A DNA stretch of 62,836 nucleotides, the filler included, from Globobulimina sp. (Eukaryota), in NCBI GenBank assembly GCA_003354225.1. It is 28 parts of 28 records of this genome, joined end to end, with 100 filler letters (N's around TTAATTAATTAA, not from the genome) between each part and the next. Parts side by side here need not be neighbours in the genome. Positions count along the whole stretch, not along the records: positions 11,246 to 13,394 come from PIVH01008627.1; positions 13,495 to 15,643 come from PIVH01008628.1; positions 15,744 to 17,892 come from PIVH01008629.1; positions 17,993 to 20,141 come from PIVH01008630.1; positions 20,242 to 22,389 come from PIVH01008631.1; positions 22,490 to 24,637 come from PIVH01008632.1; 22 more parts are not named here. One strand, given 5' to 3'. Under the pieces are notes generated by a model. The model did no database searches. It saw only the letters and a program-made list of their open reading frames with translations, and was not told the DNA's origin. The position numbers were made by a program, and so were the translations under genes. Below are positions 11,958 through 24,737 of the stretch, piece by piece (positions within the stretch are counted from its first letter, which is position 1; the number at the start of each line of letters is the position of its first letter).

Positions 11958-13165
11958 ATGTTCAAAGTACTTCAAAGTAGATGGTCAAATTATGCTGTTT
12001 TTCACAACTGTGTAATTAAAAGCAGAGTCATATCAACGCCCGCACAATATTATCCAAGTGATGCAATTGTAAGGAAAGCATGCGACCCACTGGAATATGG
12101 TAACAATAAAAAATACCCATTTATTCGTTATTTGCCCTTGACAACACCAAGTGTTGCTGCTCAACAAGCATTAGCTGAATCACTTGCAAATAAAGCAGTT
12201 AGGGATGATTTGGCATCAATTCCTGTGGAAGAGTTAAAAAAGACATTCCTGGAACAGTTTCATGCAAAATATAAGCCTCATTTTCCAGCTAAAAATGTTT
12301 GTTCGATCGTAGAAGAAAGAATAAATAATGTGCCATGTCATTGGGTCATATATAATGGCAGCTGTGTTCAAAATGGTGTAGTTATATGTTGTCATGGCGG
12401 TGGTTATGTTCTTTTAGACGTAACCCATAATATTCCATTCGCTGCATTAATATCAAAATTAACTGGCTTTGCCTGTCTTTGTGTCGATTATAAATTAGCA
12501 CCGGAATATAAATTACCTTATTGCGTGAATGAATTAATTGATGTTTATGATTATTTATTGAATGGAATGCATTTATCCTCGAACAGAATTGCAATGACCG
12601 GTGACAGTGCTGGCGGAGGAATGATTTTATTGGCACTGCAATCCATGAAATATGGGGCCAAATCACATCGTAATCTGGCGTTACCTGCTTGTGTTTGGTT
12701 AAATAGTCCATGGACCGGTATATATATACATATATATATAATATATTTTGATGCATGATGTTATTGTATAATTTTATAGATCTTGGGATGTGTCTTACGA
12801 ATGACACTTGTCGTAGGAATTTAGAATATGATGCGGGAATTGGTGAGAGTGCATTAGAATATTTGGCTGAGTTAGCAACAAAAAACAAAAAACAAATGAA
12901 TTCCAGTGAAGCATCACCAATTTTGGGTGAATTTAAAGGTTTATGTCCAATGTATTTCATGGTTGGTGCTACAGAAATTTTATTGGATGATAGCGTATTA
13001 TGTGCAAATAGAGCATGGCAAAATGGAGTCGATGTAAAACTTGACATTTCACCGTATATGAATCATGTTTGGGCAGTGGATGTTTTTCATTCTGAAGGTG
13101 TTTTTGCCACCGTTAGAGGTTGTGAATGGATGGAAAAATATTTTGCACCATTATCCAAATTATAA
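11958..13165 (+). CDS. Alpha/beta hydrolase, HSL-family (GDXG) esterase/lipase; intron 12718-12779
   Basis: HGGG oxyanion hole, DYKLAPE, GDSAGG nucleophile, spliced SPWT|DL, EILLDDS, late His (MNHVW). Confidence 0.9.
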
Positions 13166-13494
13166 TTTGTGTAATAAATATAAAATTATGACATTACAAA
13201 ATGAATCAATTTCTTTTTTGATCTTATTAATTGAGTGACTGTGTGTACTCTGTTTCTTTTTTCCTTTTTTTTGCCAAACCAAGTTAAATTTGTAACGATA
13301 TACTTTTTAAGAATTAATGTAAAAAACTAAGTAAAAAAAAACATGAGTAGACTAGCTATCGATTATAATACAACGAATGATACGGATAATTTTGNNNNNN
13401 NNNNNNNNNNNNNNNNNNNNNNNNNNNNNNNNNNNNNNTTAATTAATTAANNNNNNNNNNNNNNNNNNNNNNNNNNNNNNNNNNNNNNNNNNNN

Positions 13495-15351
13495 ATTTTT
13501 GTAACATAAAATATAAACAAAGTATGTACACAACAAAATACCTTCTAACTCTTTTACAATATCTTCGCCCGTCTTTCGCTTTCCTTGTTCGTCAAATGTT
13601 TCATTTATCAAAGTGTTTAACATTTGAATATTTTTATTTTTTGCCTTTTTTATTGCTAAGTCAATCATACAAAGGATTGGGTCTTGTTTTTTCTGTTTGT
13701 CTACACCAAATCCAATGATATTGTTTGTATTTACATATTGAATGCATTCGAGAGTGTTTGGGTCATCGTTATCATAATCAAACAAAGGTTTCTTTGAATA
13801 GTTTCTTTTGTCCTCGATCCTTTTATGTGCCATAAATTTATCATTTATTTCTTTTGACATATCTTCTCTCATTACACGCAAGTCTTCAATTGTTATTGAC
13901 TGCGAATTCTTATTTGTATTCGATCTGTGTTTATGTGGTGCGTTGTATTGTGGATTGAGGAAAGTAATGGATTTATGGCGTTTGGGTTGTGATGGTGGAC
14001 TCGTTGGGTTTTTGGCGCGTTTTCGTGATGGTTCTGGAGATAATTTGTCAATCAATTCAATTGGAATTAATCTATTTATGAGTTGAGGTACGTATTTCCT
14101 TAAATTGATAACAGATTCGTGATTATCGATGATTTTTGCTTGGATTAGATTCTTTTTTATTGTTTTGCGCATATTTGGGTATACTGTGATTAATGTTTTA
14201 TTTGGCAATGCGGCAAAAGCGGCAATAAATGATTTGATTGGGCGATTTGGAGGGGTTTCAATTGAGAAATTGAATAGTATGACATTTGCAATTATGGCTG
14301 AGATGACATTCGAACGTTTTAGGTCGGAATGATATGCTTCGTCGGTATTTAGTCGATGTCTTTCGTAATCTAACGATGTCATAAAATTATCGAAATTAAT
14401 GTTATGTATATTATTGCTTTCAAATTTATTGGTATTTAATAAGTTTAATATGTTATTGGTTGATGGAGATAAAGAGGGTGGATTGTCAACGTTCATTGGA
14501 TTAATTATTGGAGATATTCTTTGGAGATCTGACGAATCGGAATCTGAATGGGAATGTACATCGATATCATCTAAATTATCACTTTTAGGTAGATTTGATT
14601 TTAAATTAAATTGGGTGAATGTGTTGGAATATGAAGGAGAGAGATTTGAGGGTAAAGAGAAGGATAATCCTTTATAGAGCTTCATTAAATTATCATTATC
14701 ATTTAATTCATTTTCCGCTATAACGAGGTTGGTGCTGTTTGTGTTTTTGTCACCGCCGTTATCGCAGTAACTCATCCAGTCATATTTGCGAACATGTTCA
14801 TATAATTTGAATTGGTTTGATTTTTGGTATTGGGCAAATTTGGTTGCTTTAAACTCAGAGCAGGATAAATATACTAAATCGGAGATGCTTCGCACGTCCT
14901 CAGAGTTGTTGGATTGTGCTCTTTTGGTAGTTATTAATACAAATAATTGTAGGGATTCAATGGGAGTACGGGATGTTGTCGCTAAAAAATAAATGTTATT
15001 ATTATTCATTTGGGCGTAATTTAAGAGTAACGCGATTTCATATTTGTTGAAATATAATTCCGGTTTGGAGGATTCTGAATTTTTAAGATTGTTTTTGGAA
15101 AAGTTAAATCTCCATTTTTTCTTATTTAATTTTGCGATTTCGTTGCTGTCTACAATGGTTATATAATTTTCTATGTTTATATCGCTATATTTAAATGTGG
15201 GAGAACTGCGTTTTTCCTCTTTGTCTTCTTTTTCCTCTTTGTTGTTTGTGTTTTCTTTGCGTTTTTTCTGTGGGTCTTCTTGTAATTTATTTGTTATTAA
15301 TTTTTGTTTTTTATTTTTCCTTTTTCTACTCGGATTTTTATTAGTTTCCAT
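13495..15351 (-). CDS. Hypothetical Asn/Lys/Ser-rich protein of about 600 aa, 3'-truncated
   Basis: Long uninterrupted ORF from the ATG at 15351; basic NLS-like start; no family recognised. Confidence 0.55.
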
Positions 15352-15743
15352 ATTGTAATATAAACGAGTTTCTTTTATGTTATTTTAGTATTATCTGTGG
15401 ATATTAGATGCAATGTTGTCTTAATTCCAGAGCGTCTTTTATGAGTAGTTTGCTTATTTCTTTTTTGCAGAGTCACGGCTTAAGGCGAGAGTCAAACAAA
15501 AAAAGTTTAGTAAAGTTTTCAAAGATTATCAAAACACACACAACTTGCACATTAACATAAATCCAAAATAAGCAGATCATCTTCATTACAATTGATGATA
15601 TGATTTATATACCGAGTCTATTTTGTGAGAAAGAATTTCGTTGNNNNNNNNNNNNNNNNNNNNNNNNNNNNNNNNNNNNNNNNNNNNTTAATTAATTAAN
15701 NNNNNNNNNNNNNNNNNNNNNNNNNNNNNNNNNNNNNNNNNNN

Positions 15744-17760
15744 AAGGATGATTATAGTTCCACTGAAGAAAAACAGCCACCACCACAGCGATCAGATAAT
15801 AACATGCAGCCACAGCCACAGCCAGAACCAGTTAAGGTGTTATCGAAAAAGGAAAAGCCGAAAGATGTAAAAACAGCTGATGACTATTTTGAATTTTGCG
15901 ATGCAAACTACTTCACTCTTAGCAACAACAAAAGAACAATCAAGAAAAATGGTTATGGCGAAAGAACTTGCTATGGATCAACAACAATTAAATACAATAG
16001 TTCTGGCATTCGACGGTGGAAGATAAAGATACTGAGTGTGGATGGTTACTGTGTAATTGGTATAGATGAGGGGTCACACACATGGCTGGAAAAGGCATTC
16101 TATGACTCTCTGGGCACTATGCATTATGGTTACTGGTCATGCAACGGCAAAAAAGTGGATGAGAAAGGAAATTTTTCTTCATTTGGCAGTGAATATAAGG
16201 CAGGGGATGTTGTTGAAATGGTTCTTAATTTAAATAAGAAAACATTAGGATTTGGGCTGAATGGCTCAGAGATTAAGCATGCGTTTAATGTGAAAGCACC
16301 GAGCAATGGCTCGGATGGTACATATTGTCTGGCTGTGTATCTTTATCGCGTCGGTGATTCAGTTACATTGCCCAATGAAAGGAATGAATTCCCCGCTCAA
16401 TCAAAACAAGTTAAAATTTTATGCATGAAACTTTAGTTTGGTGAAACTACTTTGGTTGACTCATTTTGTCGATATACATATATATATATAAATTAAGTCC
16501 GCGACCGCGAGTGAAAAAGATGAAGATATAAAAGAAGAGGAGAATGCATATGATGATGACAATGACATTGGTGTTCCTGAGGCAAAACTGGTGAGAGTTA
16601 AACGACTGATTGACACTGCGGAGCTTAAATTGTCATTCTATCTTAAAAATCGCGAGAAATTCACCGAAATAATGAGTTTCTGTATGTATTCCGTTTTGGA
16701 GGACACGCATTTTTTTTCCGACGATGAATTATGGGACACATATCTCAATGACTTTGATGATGGAAAAACTGAGGATAGGAAGAAAGTATTACACATTTTG
16801 CGTAATGTGATAGTAAAGCCTTACAGTAAAATGGGCAGAAAGTTTAAAGAATGGTGTAAAAGAGGTTGGGACAATGCCGATTTCGATAGAATTAAAAAAG
16901 AATATAACCAAATGATCGCAAACAAGAATGAACCAATTACAGAAGAAAAGAACGAACCAATTACTAAAGTCAAATCAAACAGAAATGCCAATGTCAAGAA
17001 AAGTAAGATTGCTGCATTGAAGTATCCAGCTTCAAAGAAGAAATTCGATCTATTGAAAGAATTAATGAGTGTGGGGACAAAGAGGGAAAAAACGCTGAAT
17101 GAGGCTACTATATCCACTGTGGAAACATTTGCGAAGTATGTCGTGGTGGAGGACTTATATGATTTTAAGCAGGATGATTTGCTTCAGTTTTATGTATTGT
17201 ATTATTTGACGAAAAGAAACAACGAACAACGAAAGAAAAAAGCACATATCGTGCGGTTATTACTTATGCAGCCAGCTCCTGCTGAGATGTTGCAGCGATA
17301 CGAAGAGTGGACGAAACATACCAATGAAGCTGAAAAAAAGGAAATTGTTCGAGCTTATGACAAGTTGGAGATGGCTGAAGATGTTCTTAATGGGGTGGTG
17401 GACGAAGATGAGGCTAAATCTGGCCAGAATTCGAAGGAGAGCTCGAGTGCAAGTAATAATGTTGCAAATAAATCGGGCGGTAATAAGGCCGCTCGAGCTT
17501 TGTATTGTGCGGCGTGCGGATTTGGTCATAAAGGAAAGGCGTGCGGGAAATGTGGAAAAAACATTATGAATTTGAAAGTAAAGGCGCATTTATGTTCATA
17601 TAAATGTGGATTTGGTCACGGCGCGAAAAAATGTATAAAATGCGGAAAACCGACATTTAGCAGAGGTGTTCAAGTGTATTTATGTTCGGCATCCTGCGGA
17701 TTTGGTCACAAGGCGAAAAAATGTGTGAAATGTGGAACCAATATGTTTAATATTCCATAG
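15744..17760 (+). CDS. SPRY/B30.2-domain protein with helical middle and three C-terminal Cys-rich repeats; intron 16410-16497; 5'-truncated
   Basis: SPRY motifs WKIKI..VIGI..YKAGDVVEMVLNLNKKTLGFGLNG; a phase-0 intron links it to ORF 16591; 3x CxxCGFGHxxxxCxKCG. Confidence 0.75.
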
Positions 17761-18012
17761 GATTTTAAACACAATTATTAATTTATTTTGGTGTGTTTGT
17801 GCGTTTTGTGCATTTTTGTGCATTATAGCCAATTCTAATTATTATAAGATTTTTTTTGCCGTCACAAATACCATTTGAAAGTATGGTATTCANNNNNNNN
17901 NNNNNNNNNNNNNNNNNNNNNNNNNNNNNNNNNNNNTTAATTAATTAANNNNNNNNNNNNNNNNNNNNNNNNNNNNNNNNNNNNNNNNNNNNATGTTGCA
18001 GCAAATATTAAT

Positions 18013-18349
18013 TTAGTTTTCACCTTTTGGTACAAACATTTCGTCGCCGGTTTCAACAATTACTATATTTCCATCAATGTTAAATTCTAATTTGCCACAT
18101 ATTATACAACCAATTTCATCCTGTCGATGAACAAATATTGGCCATTCTTCCAGGTTTATCTTCCAGATAATATTCGCATGAAAATCCATGTTTCTCCCAT
18201 TCATTTTCGACAATATCTTGATCCACTTTTCCTTGTTTGTTGACCTTGTATTTTTTTTTTATAATCAATTTTTTGTGTGTTGGAAATTCTGTTGAATTCA
18301 AAAGATGCTCATGTTTTTCTTCTTGTTTATCTCTTTTTTGTGCACACAT
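18013..18349 (-). pseudogene. Cupin-domain protein with a frameshift near 18148 (pseudogene or assembly error)
   Basis: WEKHGFSCEYYLEDKPG in one frame continues as EWPIFVHRQDEIGCIICGKLEF..TGDEMFVPKG (cupin motifs) in another. Confidence 0.6.
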
Positions 18350-18456
18350 GTTTTTAGCTACAAAGCGTCAAGGTTTCACCTGCTCGGATTTTGCAATGAA
18401 AAACGTTTTCAAAAACAAGATAAATCAATAATAAGTGCAGATTTTTGCACTTCAGT

Positions 18457-20024
18457 CTATCTGATTACGTTGAACAGTCTATCTGATGATTGCTGAAACC
18501 ACAGAATAAGTGCTGATGGAATAAGTGTCATTGAACCATACACATAGACTGTTTGCGCCGTATACTTGTCATACAATGGCAGCCACACTAAAGCGCCAAT
18601 AAACATGCTTAGCAAAATAATCAACCCCTTTAAAGATTGGATGGTGGCTCTTACATTTATTCCCAGCTCATTGTCCATACTGTAACTCTCACCCATTTGA
18701 TATAAATAAACTCTGCAAACTGTGAATCCCAGACCAAAATTAATGCCATGCAATGTTTCAATCGAATAAATTATCCAAATCATACTAATATCCTTACACA
18801 ATAAATACGAACCTAGCCGTACAATTAAGACAATGTGGCAAAAAGCAAATATCTTATTCAATGTGAATCTTTTCATAAACAGATTAGAATAATAAAAAAA
18901 TGGGATCTCCGCAATGGTCGTACAAAGTGTGGCAATGCCCATCGCTGTTTTGCTCGCTCTACAATAATTATATCATAGTATTAGACATTTCCAATTGTAA
19001 GTATTTGCAACGGATTACTGCAAATCAGTCAGTTACAATTGGAAATCTCCATTATTGGAAACCCTTTTTGTAGGCCGGAATAAATGACTTATATCACACC
19101 CAAATTCTTGGTCCATTTGTATGAACAAAATTCGTTCGATGATAAACATTGCATTCCAATAAACCAACATTAATATTAAACAAAACATGAATTGAGAATC
19201 ATTCCTTATTGACATCAACAATGTAAATGTTTGACAAAAATCATACTTTGCTTCCTGATCAGGGTCAGGGTCATGGTCCACTTCATTTGTAGATAATTGT
19301 TTGTATCTATGTTGTGAGTCATTGCTTACATTGGTTGGCATACCAAAATATACCAAACAGCAAAAGAGCAAACCCCATGACAATCCATATATAAATACAC
19401 ATTCGATGCCATAAACATCAATTAATTTGCCGGCCAGCAACGAGCTTAAACCCCATGATAAGCTGCAAAAAAGTCTGTGTTTGCCATATGATTTCTTATC
19501 AACAATCAATTTCATTGTGACTGCATCAATCAGCGTCCATATACAATTACAAAATGAACGCATTCCGCGAATGAATAATAACAAATAAAAATTAGCGAAT
19601 ATTATTGATTTTGTAGTCGGAAAATAGAATAACAATAATATCGAATTGCTAACAATCAAACTCAGCAACAATAACATTTTGGAATTACCAAAGAAATCCG
19701 CTAACATTCCAAATCTATATGTTGTTGCGTGTAATAATAATATTATGCAAATGCACATATTCATACGTTGGGTATCCAATAAACTTTGTCATGGATTGTA
19801 CAGATGTGATTATTGCTAATTGCGAGGCAGTAATTCCATTCTGCAAAAAATATATTGATGAAAATTTGCCCCATCCAGCTCCTCCTGCATAACACAGAAG
19901 TGCGACATTGGAGATATTGCTCTATTTATAATTTGAATGACTTACCTGCAGCGTTCACGAATTGCAAACTGCTCACAAATGTTGATGTTCGCAATAATGG
20001 CGTTTGCTTAAGTTCAGTCGACAT
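18457..20024 (-). CDS. MFS transporter (MFSD6/MFS_1-like), multi-exon
   Basis: GMLAD, SYGKHRLFCSLSWG, EIPFFYYS and ETLHG motifs; many TM helices; GT-AG introns near 19886-19945, 19716-19766 and 18960-19100 (approximate). Confidence 0.8.
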
Positions 20025-20241
20025 GGTTTTTGCGGATTTGATAACTTTTTGACAAAATAATGACATTCTACAGTTGCCAGTGGTGTTTACCTTTGTTTGC
20101 TTCGACCGCTGCCAATAAAAATATGACGCTGTTCTTATATCNNNNNNNNNNNNNNNNNNNNNNNNNNNNNNNNNNNNNNNNNNNNTTAATTAATTAANNN
20201 NNNNNNNNNNNNNNNNNNNNNNNNNNNNNNNNNNNNNNNNN

Positions 20242-20799
20242 CTGATTTTCATCATTAATTGCATTCAAAATTTCAATTGAATCAATATTTATTATTTGCT
20301 TATCAATCATTATTTGTTTCGCAAATATGGTTTCAAACGTTTTTGTATCCCATACTACGAATAAACCATTTAAATCAATACCAATTAAAAACTTTGAGTC
20401 TGGCGTAAATATTATTTTGTGTACTTTGTTTGATAAACCACAAAATGAATGGATTAGTGTCAATTTATGAAAATCCCACAAATTCACAATGGCGCTGTTT
20501 TTCGATAAACTCGAACCAAATTGGCCAGAGGCAATCATTGAGCCACAATTTGAAATATTTAGGCAAGAAATTGCTGTGTCATGTCTTTTCAATAATATTT
20601 GACTGTGCTCATTATCAAATTGATTAATAATTATTGTTGGGCCAATTGAATAAATGTATTTATTTGAATCATTTGGATGAATCAGCAATGAGTTTGTATA
20701 CTTGCATGTCATTCCGATTAAATGTTCTAATTCCAATGCTTCACCAAACGCATCATTTCCGCTTCTGTCATTTTGCTGAGGGACTGCTTCTAAAGCCAT
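20242..20799 (-). CDS. WD40 protein, CFAP52/WDR16-like, N-terminal part
   Basis: LELEHLIG..HPND..IYSIG..HDTAISCLNISNCGSMIASGQ..VNLWDF. Confidence 0.7.
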
Positions 20800-20884
20800 G
20801 ATCAATCGTTTAGGATATTTAAATAGATTGTTTTGTTGATAATCTTAATTTAACTTTAGTTTTTTTGATAATCTTGTCACTTAC

Positions 20885-21919
20885 ATGCAAAGTTTCCTTT
20901 GTGAGATAGCACTGTCCCAATCCAAAACATCTATGAATGATTATCGTCGAATGCAAGTGACACATTCAAGAAAAAAAAGAAAATTATCTCCGAATAGAAA
21001 TCATTCAACAAATAAAAATAATGAAAATAATAATGATAAATATGAACAAGATTTATGTGAAACAAATAAATATTTAAAAAAAAAAATTAAATCCATGCAA
21101 AAATTACACGCTCAACAAATCCTACAATTAAAACAATTGCATTCTTCAAAAACACACAAATTAGAATCGAAAGCAATTAAATTAAGTACCAATTTGAAAA
21201 AGTTATGTTTTCTATTTTTTATATCATTATAATTATGTATATAAAATGTATGTTTATATGTGACCAGATTGGGGAAAATGTATCAAAATCTACAAACTGA
21301 ATATGATAATTTATTGGAACAACATGAGAACTCATTACATTTTGTGAATAAAAATAATGAGACACAATGGAATAACGACATGATTTATAATGAGACACAA
21401 TATTCACTCAATCAGTCAGTGCAATTAACTGATAATAACAACAAAGAAAATGAATACGAACATGACTCTAAAGATGGTATGCGAGAAAGCCAAGAGTTTG
21501 AATTGTCGAACAATAATAATAATAATTCAAATATGAACAATATGAGTGGTTTAAGTGTCCGATGGAATGAAGGCAGTGCCGATGAATTTAATATGTTGGA
21601 AAAAAATATGGCTTCAAATCGGAAGAGTTATAATAAATATAATTATAATCAGAGGGAATACAATGATAACAATGGCAGTATGCATGGGAGTGATGGGAGT
21701 CCCATAAAATATGTTGAAACTGTTCGAGGTAAAAAAAGAAATGAATTGCCAGGCCATGAATGTGTTCAATGTCAAAGGTTTTATGCTTTGAATGGCAATA
21801 TAAATAATGGCATGAACAGAAAGGAATTATGTAATTGTGTGTCAAGACACAGAGCAAAGCATAAATTGCCTCAAACACCGCAGCATTTTTGGAGTATTGA
21901 CTTTGCCACACAACAGTGA
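20885..21919 (+). CDS. CtIP/Sae2/Com1 DNA end-resection factor; intron 21202-21267
   Basis: N-terminal coiled coil; C-terminal YVETVRGKKR..GHECVQCQRFY..SRHR..PQTPQHFWSIDF (CxxC, RHR, CDK-type TP). Confidence 0.88.
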
Positions 21920-23473
21920 TTTTATTCCGCTTCTTTTTTTCGAGTATTTAAATAAATATGATATTTAATATTACTATCAATCAGCGTTGAAGTGCTCTGA
22001 TGTCAACATAACTTGAAAATGTTGAGTAAAATACTGAAGCCCAGATGCTTTCTGCGCAGTTCGTGGAGGTCAAAACAACATTCTACAATATCAATGAAAT
22101 GTTCTTCAAACAACGCCAATATTAAACTGGTTTCAAAAATCATTGTCGGTTTTGCATGGTATTTTACGCATTGAAGATTAAAGGATTTGCAACTTTGCTA
22201 TTACTGGGACTAAAACCCAAAAGTTGTAAATCCTTAAAGTATTAAATCCATAAATCCATACGACAATGATTACCGAATTGTAGCATTCCCTGTCATTAAG
22301 ATATGGACCGGTGTTTATTTCTTATCCATGTTTATTTATATAGAATAGGAATAACCTAGAATCCATGAACAATAGTTGAAAATAATAAANNNNNNNNNNN
22401 NNNNNNNNNNNNNNNNNNNNNNNNNNNNNNNNNTTAATTAATTAANNNNNNNNNNNNNNNNNNNNNNNNNNNNNNNNNNNNNNNNNNNNCTCTCTCGTCA
22501 GTGTTCTTGCTGTCTTGTATGATACAGATAAGACTCTTAAGAGTCCTATCAATTTATTAAATGGAAATGGAAATGGGTGAAACTGGAATTTTGGGATGAT
22601 TGCAATTGGTGAAACTGGAATTGGGAATATTATTCATTTATTTATATACAATAATTATACATGGTATCAATTGCCAATGCAAATAATTATAGAAAAGTGG
22701 AGGACATAAAAGTGGGGAATAGGAAGTGCATAAAAGTGGTGCACCATAAATAAAATAAGTGCACAGAAAAGTGACATAAACTTGGTGCATAGAAAAAGGT
22801 GGCAGTAAACAAGGGAAAGGAACAGATAATATGGTTGATAGTAGACTTGTTTGCAAGGTTTATTTTGAACATATTCTTTGTGAACATAATTTATGTTATG
22901 TGCGCATAAATGCCTTATAGGGGATTTCGGTATGTTTACAATTAATTCCGTCATATTCGTTAAACCATATATTTATATAGGCACTCAGCCGCGACTCGCG
23001 ACATACAAAATTACCTTGATACTATAATTTTCATCACTGACACAAAATCCCATCCATTGGTATCATATAACCACATTTTTGATGTAACGAGCCATGCCTT
23101 GTATATTAGATAATTTGCAATTGGGAAACATATCAGACACTGTATATCCGGCCTTGTATACCTTTTCTCTTTGGCCTTGTCAAGTAGCGCGATAATCGGT
23201 GGAATGAGTTCCTATATGATAGGAGGCCTGGTTTATGGCGTTGTTTAGCGATTGATTATTATTCTCTGCAATAAAAAGAGAAATTTGAAGTTCTTTGCAT
23301 TTGGAAAACTTCACAACTGTGAGGGTCAAATAGTTGTACATGTATTTGTGAGTCTTCTTCAGTGGTTGAGTCAGTCCGTCTAAATCCGTTAAACAAATCA
23401 CAAGGAGTTTGACAAAATGAAAAATTGTATTATATAAATTTTACAAGAATATACAAAGTAGGTCACTAAGTCA

Positions 23474-24637
23474 CTAACCTAAGTCAATGGATGAACAATT
23501 TACACTCGCATATAATAATTTTTGTTTCATAATATCTTTACTTGAATATTTGGGTAATTTTAATTGAAAATAACATGTGGAAGCAGTTGGTAATAATTGA
23601 TCAATTTGTGTTTCTGTCGCATCATTGCATGAATGTTGTTTTACAGATATTTTAAACTGACGATCATATTCTTTTTCATTTGCTGGCAATCTTTTACGTC
23701 CCCAACAAAACATTAATAAATATTGCATTTCCTTTTCATTAAACTCATTTTCAATAATCATCCAAAACCATTTCATCCATTTGTCATTCACGTCATATTC
23801 ATCATAGCTTGTCATCTTTTTTAATAATTTAATATTCAATACTTTTGGACCACATATCATCGTTTCCAATTCATTCCAATTAAATAGTTTTAAATATGAT
23901 ACCGGAATCACTACGGATAAGCCACTGCGTATTAATTCAATCTGTTTATCAAATGTGTGCAATATTTTATTGATCTGTTTATTTTTATTTGTATTTAACA
24001 ACAATTTATAACTAAATTCGTCAATGTCATTTATATCATATAATACTAATTCTTTGTTACCACAGATTAATTTCCATATAATCGGCGCAAATTTAAATGT
24101 CAAATAATGCTTTGTTCGCATACAGGTTCCCATTAATTTGCCAATGCTCTCAAACATTTCAAACTGTGAGCTAGCAATTGCTGCATCGGAATATAATATA
24201 TTTTCCGGTATAAAACAATCTCGATTTAAGCCGATATCATGTTCGCCATTGGGGCATAATTTAAATAATGGCAATAACTGAGCTGAGCCAGTAACAAATA
24301 ATTCAGACATAAAATATTCAAATACCTCTCGATAAGGACCGCCAGCATCAATCGCATGTTCACCGCTTAATTTTATTTCAGATAATCTTTCATGAATTGC
24401 CAGACGAAAATTTTTGGCTTTACGTAATTTTAATTCATTGTGTATCTGACCAAATGTTGTAAATTTACCAAAATAATCAATTTCATTTAAATTTTTAAAG
24501 TTATCCGATTTGAAGCGATTTATTTTAATTTGACCGGTTTTATCACCATCACGCGTACATTCTAATATTTTATCCAATTTTATTAATTTAATTTTGGTAA
24601 ATAATAATTGTGAGATGGTATTCCCATTTATTAAGCC
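23474..24637 (-). CDS. HECT E3 ubiquitin ligase C-terminus (HERC-like), 5'-truncated
   Basis: GEHAIDAGGPYRE, LLPLF..PNG, ELETMICG, WFW, catalytic LPTASTCYFQLKLPKYSS. Confidence 0.9.
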   Translation of the reverse strand, partial: GLINGNTISQLLFTKIKLIKLDKILECTRDGDKTGQIKINRFKSDNFKNLNEIDYFGKFTTFGQIHNELKLRKAKNFRLAIHERLSEIKLSGEHAIDAGGPYREVFEYFMSELFVTGSAQLLPLFKLCPNGEHDIGLNRDCFIPENILYSDAAIASSQFEMFESIGKLMGTCMRTKHYLTFKFAPIIWKLICGNKELVLYDINDIDEFSYKLLLNTNKNKQINKILHTFDKQIELIRSGLSVVIPVSYLKLFNWNELETMICGPKVLNIKLLKKMTSYDEYDVNDKWMKWFWMIIENEFNEKEMQYLLMFCWGRKRLPANEKEYDRQFKISVKQHSCNDATETQIDQLLPTASTCYFQLKLPKYSSKDIMKQKLLYASVNCSSIDLG

Positions 24638-24737
24638 NNNNNNNNNNNNNNNNNNNNNNNNNNNNNNNNNNNNNNNNNNNNTTAATTAATTAANNNNNNN
24701 NNNNNNNNNNNNNNNNNNNNNNNNNNNNNNNNNNNNN

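Noticed and set aside
21975..22389. Possible minus-strand LRR/F-box-like remnant
   Set aside because: Too many stops and no motif strong enough to call
22560..22810. Short repeats (GGTGAAACTGGAATT x2; AAAGTGG/GTGCA units)
   Set aside because: Irregular low-complexity repeats with no constant repeat-spacer structure or credible ORF
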